Of a stretch of 32,425 bases of DNA, positions 23,799 through 31,268 are shown one piece after another. The DNA lies in the NCBI GenBank assembly GCA_043739525.1, contig JAYUEB010000584.1, positions 1 to 32,425 of the forward strand, written 5' to 3'. The stretch comes from Bdellovibrionales bacterium (GTDB taxonomy: Bacteria; Bdellovibrionota; Bdellovibrionia; Bdellovibrionales; JAMPXM01). The notes beneath the pieces were generated by a model. It did no database searches, was not told the DNA's origin, and was given only the letters and a program-made list of their open reading frames with translations. A program made the translations under genes and the position numbers. Positions within the stretch are counted from its first letter, which is position 1; each line of letters starts with the position of its first letter.

Positions 23799-23852
23799 CC
23801 TGCGTTTGATGTAGTTTTCAACGTACTCCAAAAGTTCAACCGGAGATTCCAA

Positions 23853-24770
23853 ATGTCAGAATCATCGCCTTCAGAAATTCTAGTCGTCGGAAGTCTTGCT
23901 TACGATTCGATCTCAACGCCGCAAAGCCGCACTGAGCGCACCTTAGGTGGTTCTGCGAATTATTTCTCTCTCGCTGCTTCTATGTACTCAAAAGTTCGCG
24001 TGGTGGGAGTTGTTGGCGAAGACTATCATGATGGGGATCTCAAACTTTTACAAGATCGCGCTGTTTGCACGATGGGCCTTCAGAAAAAAACAGGTCTGAC
24101 TTTTCATTGGGCTGGTACTTACAAAGATGATATGAACGAAGCGATTACGCTTGCGACTGAGCTGAATGTCTTCGAACATTTTAATCCTGAATTACCTGCA
24201 AAATATAAAAAAACCCCTTTCGTTTTCTTGGCGAATATTGATCCTGAACTTCAATTAAAAGTTTTAGATCAAATTGAAAATCCAAAATTTGTCGGCAGCG
24301 ATACCATGAATTTTTGGATTAAATCAAAGCCAGAAGCGCTCAAAAAAGTTTTGGCTCGAGTCGATGTCCTTCTGATTAACGAGGGAGAATCAAAGCTTTT
24401 GACTCACAAATCAAACGCAATTGCAGCCGCTGCTGAAATTTTAAAAATGGGTCCGAAAGCAGTGGTCATCAAACGCGGTGAATACGGATTTGTTCTCAGC
24501 ACAAAAGATGCGATTCATATTTTACCTGCGTTTCCGATTGCAGATGTTGTCGATCCAACAGGTGCAGGTGATACTTTCGCCGGAGCGTTTTTTGGATTTT
24601 TGTCTAAGAAAAATCAAAAAGTGGACATCGACACTTTGAAGCAGGCTTGTGTACAGGGTTGCCTCATGGCAAGCTTTACAGTTCAAAAATTAGGTCTCGG
24701 TGCTCTTGTGGACCTGACTTGGGCTGATGTCGAGAGACGCCAAAACCAATACCAAAGTATTATTAGCTAA
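23853..24770 (+). CDS. PfkB-family carbohydrate/nucleoside kinase
   Basis: I prefer the ATG at 23853, with GGAG at 23842-23845; the longer ORF overlaps rlmN. 'ILVVGSLAYDSI', 'LGGSANY' and 'DPTGAGDTFAGAF' are ribokinase-family signatures. Confidence 0.8.
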   Translation: MSESSPSEILVVGSLAYDSISTPQSRTERTLGGSANYFSLAASMYSKVRVVGVVGEDYHDGDLKLLQDRAVCTMGLQKKTGLTFHWAGTYKDDMNEAITLATELNVFEHFNPELPAKYKKTPFVFLANIDPELQLKVLDQIENPKFVGSDTMNFWIKSKPEALKKVLARVDVLLINEGESKLLTHKSNAIAAAAEILKMGPKAVVIKRGEYGFVLSTKDAIHILPAFPIADVVDPTGAGDTFAGAFFGFLSKKNQKVDIDTLKQACVQGCLMASFTVQKLGLGALVDLTWADVERRQNQYQSIIS

Positions 24771-24789
24771 ACGACCTCAGATTCTATTT

Positions 24790-24809
24790 GGCTCGACTTC
24801 GGTCGAGCC
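24790..24809 (+). terminator. perfect 8-bp GC-rich hairpin with a UUCG tetraloop (terminator or RNA element)
   Basis: GGCTCGAC-TTCG-GTCGAGCC lies 20 nt after the kinase stop. No U-tract follows on the plus strand. Confidence 0.4.
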
Positions 24810-25019
24810 CCTGACCAGCTTCATCGCTTTGTAGGCGAGTTATCTCCTAATTACCTAGACCAAGGCCTATGGGCTTTTTAACAAATTGCACATTTATCGC
24901 TCTTGCATATTCATAAATTTCAAAGAATTTCCGATATATGAGCTAGGTGGATCTCACTTTTAACAAGTGAAAGGAATGAGCTCAGCACAGATTTTTGAAG
25001 ATGTGTTGCGGCGAAATGG

Positions 25020-26273
25020 ATGTCAAAAAGTAGCAAACCGGCTCCTAGTCAAAAAGCATCAGAGATTAAAGATCTCTTGTTGGACGTGATCCAGCAGGAA
25101 GATGCGTCTATGAGCGAAACAGAAATCTTTCGCCTCTCTCAGCCATACAAAAAGGGCGATTCACTTGCGCCTAAGCCGACTTCTGCTAAACCTTCCGCTC
25201 CTGAAAAAGAAGCCGAACTTGATTTGAATTTTGAAGATCCAGATGAGCCTGCTCCCGAGGTGAAAAGGCAGAGTAAGTTTGCGGATGAAGATAGCATGCT
25301 CAAGATTGATTTTGACTTGAATGCTGAAGATCCAGACGCTCCGTTGTCTCAGCCGCTTTCCTTGCAAACTTTTGGTAAGCCAAATCCACCTCCTGCGCCA
25401 CCGGTTGTCGCTAAGACGCCTGAAAATCCTCAATCGGATAAGACAGTCAAGCTGAGTTCTCCTCCGCAATCCCGTGCACCGATGGACTTTCAGGCAAAAG
25501 ATTTAAAACCACCGCAAGCTCTGTCGCCTGTGAATTCGAATGAGTCGACGGTTAGACTCACCCCGAAGCCGAAAACTCGAACCTACGAAACCGAAAGTCG
25601 AGTTGCGAGCGGAGGGCAGGGGTCAAACTCGGGACATCAATACAAGCCTGAAGCACAAATTGGAATATCTTCGCCAGCAGAGGCTGTACTTAAGCAATCT
25701 GAAAATTTGCGAATTGCACAAATTCGAATTACATCTCTTGAAGAAGAGCTTGAGAAATTAAGACAAGAAAACTCTCAGCTTTCATCTGCCGGAGATATTT
25801 TAAGACGTCGTGCGGACGAGCTCTTGTCACAATCCGAAGCTTTTGAAAATAAAATTCAAGAGTCGGCTGTGATCTTTGAAGAAGAGAAAAAAGTATTAAA
25901 GGCACAGAATCAGAGTAAGGACAAAGAACTCGAAGTCCGTCGTCAGAAAATTGACCAATTAGATCAAAGATTAAATTCCCAATTTGATACAATTAGACGT
26001 CGTGAACGTGAACTCGAACATCGTCTTGAGATTTTAAAAGTTGAAAATCAGGACATTTTGAGTGGCAAAGACAAAATGATTTTGGATTTGAAACGCCAGG
26101 TTGATCTGCTCAACACAGAAGTGAATTTCTCAAAAGAAAGAACTCAAGAGTTGTATGGTCAACATAAAGATAAACAAGAGACAATTCGCCGTGTGGTAAA
26201 GGCTTTGCGCATGGCTATGACAATTTTGGAAGGCGATGAGGAAACAAAATCACCACTTAAAAAAGTGGACTAA
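25020..26273 (+). CDS. hypothetical protein: acidic/Pro-rich disordered N-half plus long coiled-coil C-half
   Basis: Codon-consistent 417-aa ORF. N-half is rich in P/S/K/E with the duplicated motif 'DLNFEDPDEPAP' / 'DLNAEDPDAPLS'. C-half (from about aa 225) is heptad-like E/K/L/Q/R sequence. No SD; the start is uncertain. Confidence 0.6.
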   Translation: MSKSSKPAPSQKASEIKDLLLDVIQQEDASMSETEIFRLSQPYKKGDSLAPKPTSAKPSAPEKEAELDLNFEDPDEPAPEVKRQSKFADEDSMLKIDFDLNAEDPDAPLSQPLSLQTFGKPNPPPAPPVVAKTPENPQSDKTVKLSSPPQSRAPMDFQAKDLKPPQALSPVNSNESTVRLTPKPKTRTYETESRVASGGQGSNSGHQYKPEAQIGISSPAEAVLKQSENLRIAQIRITSLEEELEKLRQENSQLSSAGDILRRRADELLSQSEAFENKIQESAVIFEEEKKVLKAQNQSKDKELEVRRQKIDQLDQRLNSQFDTIRRRERELEHRLEILKVENQDILSGKDKMILDLKRQVDLLNTEVNFSKERTQELYGQHKDKQETIRRVVKALRMAMTILEGDEETKSPLKKVD

Positions 26274-26343
26274 ATAGCCGAAGAGAGACTGTGGTCACAG
26301 CCGATGTGAACTGTCTCAATTTGCGAAAAAAAAGAATGAGAAA

Positions 26344-27732
26344 ATGAACAAAGAAAAGATCCTTGTATTAGAAAACCAATCTTATGTAAGTCAAAGACTT
26401 AAGTCTTGGCTGACTTCTTTTGGCTACGAGATCGAAACTCATTTTGATTCGAAGAATTTAGATTTGAATTCGAACTTCATTTTACAAAATCGCTTTAGCC
26501 TGGTTTTGCAAATTTCTAATTCAGTCAATCAGTTTGGAGCTTCTCTCATGGGTCTTGTTGAGGGCGAGTTTCCGATTCCGATCGTCCATGTAGTTGAGGA
26601 AGCCGTGTTCAATCCTAAGAAATGGCTCAGGACTCCACATCACGATTGGGCAAATCCAAATATTTCGCAATTCGAGTTTTTACGAAAAATTCAGAATATG
26701 ATTTATTTTTGTAAAAAGGATCGTGAGCTCTTCGATATTCGTTATCGAATTGAACAAATCGAAATTTTTTCAAGCTCACTACGTCGCAAGAGACTTCACG
26801 AAGTAGTAGATATCGGATTTGAATTATTTAAAAAAGAATACGGCGTTAAATCGCTTTTGTGGTTTCAGCCAGGCGCCCTCAAAGACGAATTGCGACGATA
26901 TTCTCGCATTCGTGAAAAGCATCCCGAAGTACAAGCAAAAGATATCGAGCTCGCACCGAATTGGCTTTCAAATCTCGAATTTAACCATGAAGATGTTTTT
27001 AGACTTTTTGAAAAGTGGGATATCGTTGAGGTCGAACACGCACTCGCCAATGTTCAAAAGCTTGAGCAGGGGACGGTCATTGCTCCGCTCTCTATTCACG
27101 GCACTCAGCTTGGTCATGTTGTGATGATAGATCCTGAGAACTGGCAAGCTGTGGATGAAACCTCGGAGTTCACAGATTATTATAAATGCTTTTTACATCA
27201 TCTTGAACAATCCTATGCTTATCAGCAAATCGAACATATGACGTTTCGAGACGATTTAACTGAGCTCTATAATCAACGATATCTGCCAATTATTTTAGAG
27301 CAAGAAATGCAACGAGCAGTCAGACATGGACATCACTTTTCCGTTCTATTTTTGGATGTCGATTTTTTTAAACTCGTGAATGATACAAAGGGCCATTTAG
27401 TTGGATCGAATGTTTTAGTCCAAATTTCGAAACTGATTAAAGAGAGCATTCGCGGTACGGACTTTGCGTTTCGCTACGGTGGAGATGAGTACGTCATCGT
27501 ACTCTCGGATGCCGCATCAAAAGAGGCGACGATTGTAGCAGAGCGCTTGCGCAAAAAAACTGAAAGTTCGGTCTTTGAAGTTGGCGACTCTCAAGTTAAG
27601 GTAACTGTCAGCATCGGAATTGCGACTTATCCAGAGCATGCTAAAACCACCGCGGAACTTCTCCAGATGGCGGACGATGCGATGTACAAGGGCAAACATA
27701 AGAGTCGAAACATTGTTTATCTAGCGAGCTAA
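26344..27732 (+). CDS. diguanylate cyclase: pseudo-receiver N-domain, middle sensory domain and GGDEF domain (GGDEY variant, I-site present)
   Basis: 'KILVLENQ...' and 'FSLVLQIS' occupy the acidic-pocket and phospho-Asp positions of a REC fold without Asp. 'RDDLTELYNQRYL', 'FLDVDFFKLVNDTKGH' and 'RGTDFAFRYGGDEYVIVL' give an RxxD I-site five residues before GGDEY. Confidence 0.85.
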   Translation: MNKEKILVLENQSYVSQRLKSWLTSFGYEIETHFDSKNLDLNSNFILQNRFSLVLQISNSVNQFGASLMGLVEGEFPIPIVHVVEEAVFNPKKWLRTPHHDWANPNISQFEFLRKIQNMIYFCKKDRELFDIRYRIEQIEIFSSSLRRKRLHEVVDIGFELFKKEYGVKSLLWFQPGALKDELRRYSRIREKHPEVQAKDIELAPNWLSNLEFNHEDVFRLFEKWDIVEVEHALANVQKLEQGTVIAPLSIHGTQLGHVVMIDPENWQAVDETSEFTDYYKCFLHHLEQSYAYQQIEHMTFRDDLTELYNQRYLPIILEQEMQRAVRHGHHFSVLFLDVDFFKLVNDTKGHLVGSNVLVQISKLIKESIRGTDFAFRYGGDEYVIVLSDAASKEATIVAERLRKKTESSVFEVGDSQVKVTVSIGIATYPEHAKTTAELLQMADDAMYKGKHKSRNIVYLAS

Positions 27733-27744
27733 AATAAATTTAAA

Positions 27745-28848
27745 ATGGAAGAAACTACCACACCTCAGATTAAGCCTAAAAAAATTAAGCTCGTGATAAG
27801 CGATCTTCATTTAGGCTTGGGTCGTACCATCGGTGGCGGCATTACCAATTCACTCGAGGAGTTTTTTTTCGGAGATAAGCTCGCCGAGTTTATTCACTAC
27901 TATACAAGCGGCGAATTTCGCGATTATGAAGTCGAGCTCATCATCAATGGCGATTTTCTCAATTTTTTACAAGTTGATTATCGTGGTCATCACCTCACGG
28001 TCATTACCGAGAGTGTTTCTCTCGAAAAGCTCAAAAACATTGTCAAAGGCCATCCGGAGGTTTTTGCAGCCCTTAAAAATTTTGCGAGCCAAGATAAAAA
28101 CTCCATTGCGTATGTTGTCGGAAACCATGACCAGTGCATGCTTTGGCCCGCAACACGTGCTTATTTGAATGAAGTGATTGGTAAGCCTGTTCGATTTAAA
28201 AACATCGTGTACTTTTTTGATGGAGTTCACATTGAACACGGTCACATGCATGAAGCCGCAAATCGAATTGATCCTAAGAGATTTTTTCTTAAGAAAAATT
28301 TACCGGAACCCATTCTCAATTTACCTTTTGGATCACACTTTTTCGTCGACTTCGTTTTGAAAATAAAAAAAGCTCATCCACACATTGATAAAGTAAGACC
28401 TTTTCAGGCGATGATTCGTTGGGGTTTTTACAACGAGACCTTTTTTACGATCAAAGCGATGTTCAGCCTTCTTGGTTATTTTTTACAGTCGTCTTTGGTG
28501 AAAGATCCAAGACGTCAGTTTCCGCTCAAGCGGATTTTACAGGTGTTACTCGAGAGTGCGGTGTTTCCAGATTTGAGCGAATCGGCTAGACGCATTTTAA
28601 ACGATGAAAGAGTTCACATCGTGATTTTTGGTCATACTCACGTTTATCAGTATCGCCAATGGGCCGGTAAAGAATATTTTAATACCGGTACGTGGACCGA
28701 TATTACCTCTCTTGATATTCCTTCATTGGGTAAGATCACAAAACTGACCTACGTGCTCATCGAGTACCCAGAAAATGGTGAAAAGCCCCGCGGTCGCCTG
28801 AAAGAATGGCGCGGCTATCATCGAATCGAAGAGGACGTCGCCATTTAA
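27745..28848 (+). CDS. calcineurin-like metallophosphoesterase
   Basis: Ordered motifs 'VISDLHLG', 'INGDFLNF', 'VVGNHD', 'IEHGHMHE' and 'IFGHTHV', with a roughly 100-aa insertion containing a hydrophobic segment 'TFFTIKAMFSLLGYFLQSSLV'. Confidence 0.8.
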   Translation: MEETTTPQIKPKKIKLVISDLHLGLGRTIGGGITNSLEEFFFGDKLAEFIHYYTSGEFRDYEVELIINGDFLNFLQVDYRGHHLTVITESVSLEKLKNIVKGHPEVFAALKNFASQDKNSIAYVVGNHDQCMLWPATRAYLNEVIGKPVRFKNIVYFFDGVHIEHGHMHEAANRIDPKRFFLKKNLPEPILNLPFGSHFFVDFVLKIKKAHPHIDKVRPFQAMIRWGFYNETFFTIKAMFSLLGYFLQSSLVKDPRRQFPLKRILQVLLESAVFPDLSESARRILNDERVHIVIFGHTHVYQYRQWAGKEYFNTGTWTDITSLDIPSLGKITKLTYVLIEYPENGEKPRGRLKEWRGYHRIEEDVAI

Positions 28849-30108
28849 TTGACGAGTGTGAGTCTAAATGTTAACTACGGCCTCATGCTTAAACATCATT
28901 TCGCGACTCTTAAAACAGATCCACAAATTTTAAAAAAATCAGAGGCAGCTCTTGCCGCTTTACGCCTTCGTGAAGACCTAGGTTTCATGCAGTTACCCTT
29001 TGGACTTGAGAAAATTGAGTCTCGAGCTGCTGAAATTAAGAAGTCTTCAAAAGAAGTCGTTATTCTTGGAATTGGCGGAAGTGCTCTCGGCACAAGAGCT
29101 ATATTAGATGCTCTCGATACCAAGACTGCGATTCACATTTTAGACAATGTTGATAGCTTCAGTTTTTTTAAATCACTAGATGCACTTGATCTTAAGGAAT
29201 GCCATTTTCTGATAATTTCAAAAAGTGGACAGACAATTGAAACTCTCACACAAGCTGAGTTTGTCGATCAAGCTCTGTTGAAGAGATCTCTTCCAGGTCT
29301 TTCCAAAGTTTCGACCGTGATTTCAGAATTTGAAAAAAATCCTCTGACCGATTGGGCAAAACAAGAAAATGTTCCGATGCTTGAAATCCCAAAAAACGTA
29401 GGCGGAAGATTTTCCGTTCTCACTCCTGTGGGTCTATTGCCTGCGGCAGTTGCGGGCCTTGATATTCGTAAATTCAGTGAAGGTGCGAACTGGGCGAAAA
29501 AACAAGATCAACTCATCACAGAACTTTCAGCTCAAGCTCTCATGAGTTTTGAGCGAGGAGAGTGGATCACACTCTTTTGGAGTTATTGTGATCGTCTCCT
29601 TAGTTTTGGATTTTGGTTGCAACAACTGTGGGCTGAATCTTTAGCTAAATCAAATAATCGCTTGAAGCAAAAAGCTCCACGCGCAAGTACACCGCTTCCC
29701 TGCAAAGGTTCAACGGATCAACATTCAATTTTGCAACAAGTGATGGAAGGCGAGAGAGATAAATTTATTTACTTTTTTCGTGTCTCTGAAAGTGAAAATT
29801 CAGGTCCTAAGATTCAGAAGAGTCTTTTTCATGGTGGACAGGAGAGTATGAACCAAAAAACGATGGGTCAGCTTTTCGCGGCTCAGGCTGAAGCCATGCG
29901 TGTTTCACTTGCTGAGGCACAAGTTCAGTCGGTCACATGTCAGGCCGAAAAGCTGGATGAGGCTAGCCTAGGTGCGCTTTTTATGCTGTTCCAGTACGTC
30001 ATTGGTACTTTGGGCGAGGTCATGAACATCAATGCTTATGATCAGCCGGGTGTCGAAGCGGGCAAAGTGGCTACCAAAAAGCTTTTAGCTGGTCCGAATG
30101 CTAGGTAA
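28849..30108 (+). CDS. pgi: glucose-6-phosphate isomerase (short form)
   Basis: 'ILGIGGSALG', 'IISKSGQTIET', 'NVGGRFSVLTPVGL' and 'NAYDQPGVEAGK' match both PGI signatures. The start is uncertain: TTG at 28849 directly after the upstream TAA, GTG at 28858 or ATG at 28885. Confidence 0.9.
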   Translation: MTSVSLNVNYGLMLKHHFATLKTDPQILKKSEAALAALRLREDLGFMQLPFGLEKIESRAAEIKKSSKEVVILGIGGSALGTRAILDALDTKTAIHILDNVDSFSFFKSLDALDLKECHFLIISKSGQTIETLTQAEFVDQALLKRSLPGLSKVSTVISEFEKNPLTDWAKQENVPMLEIPKNVGGRFSVLTPVGLLPAAVAGLDIRKFSEGANWAKKQDQLITELSAQALMSFERGEWITLFWSYCDRLLSFGFWLQQLWAESLAKSNNRLKQKAPRASTPLPCKGSTDQHSILQQVMEGERDKFIYFFRVSESENSGPKIQKSLFHGGQESMNQKTMGQLFAAQAEAMRVSLAEAQVQSVTCQAEKLDEASLGALFMLFQYVIGTLGEVMNINAYDQPGVEAGKVATKKLLAGPNAR

Positions 30109-30187
30109 TTGAAACGTTAAAAATATCTGGCAGGACTGTACTCCGAGTTTCTTGTTTTAAGCTAAGTAAGTACCTTACAATGTTTAT

Positions 30188-31186
30188 ATGGGTGCAAAGA
30201 AAAAAGAGATAGTGGATTTGGCGGATGATTCGTCGGAAGAAATAACCGAAAATATCATCGAAGAAACCACTACCGCCGAAGAAAAAACAAGGCTCGTCAA
30301 TAATAAGACTTTCAATGAAAAGCGAGACAAATTTGCAAAATCTCCTGCAAGTCTGGTGATGCTAGAAGGTCCCGCAGGCTACGTCGGAAAAAGATGGCCT
30401 CTTGATCAGGCCGACATCATTATTGGCCGCTCGATGACCTCAACAATTTTTGTCGACGATAAGAGTGTTAGTAAATCGCACGCAAAAATCACCGTTTCAA
30501 ATGGCGATGTTTATCTTCTTGATCTGGAATCGACAAATCGCACAGAAGTGAACGACGATACGATTCAATCTTTGCTCCCAATAAAATTAAAAAATAATGA
30601 TCAGGTAAAGACTGGGAACGTTTTATTTAAATTTCTAGAGAGCGGAAGCTTTGAAGCAGCGGCAATCGAGCAACTTCAAAACAGAAGCGAAAAAGATCCA
30701 TTAACAGGAATTTATAATAAGGGTGCCTTGAACCTAAAAGGTCTTGAGTCTTTCAAGAGAGCAAAGCTCTTAAAAGTTCCCTTAAGCATCGCTGTTTTTG
30801 ATATCGATCATTTCAAGAGTATCAATGACAAATATCTTCACACCGCAGGCGACTTTGTTTTAAAAGAACTTGCGAGTACCGTACAGACCAAATTGATTCG
30901 TCTCGATGATATTTTGGCAAGATACGGCGGAGAAGAGTTCGTTGTTTTGTTATTTGGAAGCAATCTTCAACAAGCGACTGAAATCGGTGAACGTTTAAGA
31001 GCGACCATCGAGAATCATGCTTTTATCTACGAAGGCATCAAGCTTCCAATTACGATCTCTGTTGGTGTTGCGACAAAAGAGCCACAAATGACTGCGTGGG
31101 AAGACCTCTTTGCAAAAGCCGATAGTGCGATGTACATGGCTAAACGCGGTGGACGTAATCGTGTGTCAACCGGAAGTACCTCGTAG
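30188..31186 (+). CDS. FHA-domain diguanylate cyclase (DgcB-like FHA-GGDEF)
   Basis: FHA residues appear in 'IIIGRS...VSKSHAKI...LESTNRTEVN'. GGDEF domain: 'DPLTGIYNKGAL', 'VFDIDHFKSINDKY' and 'RLDDILARYGGEEFVVLL' (RxxD I-site plus GGEEF). The N-terminal tail of about 55 aa is acidic and Ser/Thr-rich. Confidence 0.85.
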   Translation: MGAKKKEIVDLADDSSEEITENIIEETTTAEEKTRLVNNKTFNEKRDKFAKSPASLVMLEGPAGYVGKRWPLDQADIIIGRSMTSTIFVDDKSVSKSHAKITVSNGDVYLLDLESTNRTEVNDDTIQSLLPIKLKNNDQVKTGNVLFKFLESGSFEAAAIEQLQNRSEKDPLTGIYNKGALNLKGLESFKRAKLLKVPLSIAVFDIDHFKSINDKYLHTAGDFVLKELASTVQTKLIRLDDILARYGGEEFVVLLFGSNLQQATEIGERLRATIENHAFIYEGIKLPITISVGVATKEPQMTAWEDLFAKADSAMYMAKRGGRNRVSTGSTS

Positions 31187-31224
31187 CATTTCGCAATTCA
31201 GAGCATCAAGTTTTCAAGGGCTGA

Positions 31225-31244
31225 CAGCCGATAATTGACGGCTG
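31225..31244. terminator. hairpin between convergent genes (no U-tract)
   Basis: CAGCCG (31225-31230) pairs with CGGCTG (31239-31244) around an 8-nt loop, between the stops at 31186 (+) and 31269 (-). Confidence 0.3.
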
Positions 31245-31268
31245 CCTGTAAAAACAAAACAGTAAATT

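Noticed and set aside
23637-23852. 72-codon extension of the PfkB kinase ORF overlapping the rlmN 3' end
   Set aside because: The ATG at 23853 has a GGAG SD at 7-nt spacing, and kinase homology starts right after it. The extension overlaps rlmN in another frame.
24771-25019. Search for a c-di-GMP (GEMM-type) riboswitch upstream of the c-di-GMP gene cluster and in other long spacers
   Set aside because: I could not find the conserved GGCAAAC / ACGCAAAGC-type cores or the two-hairpin tetraloop-receptor layout by eye. An Infernal scan would be needed to exclude it formally.
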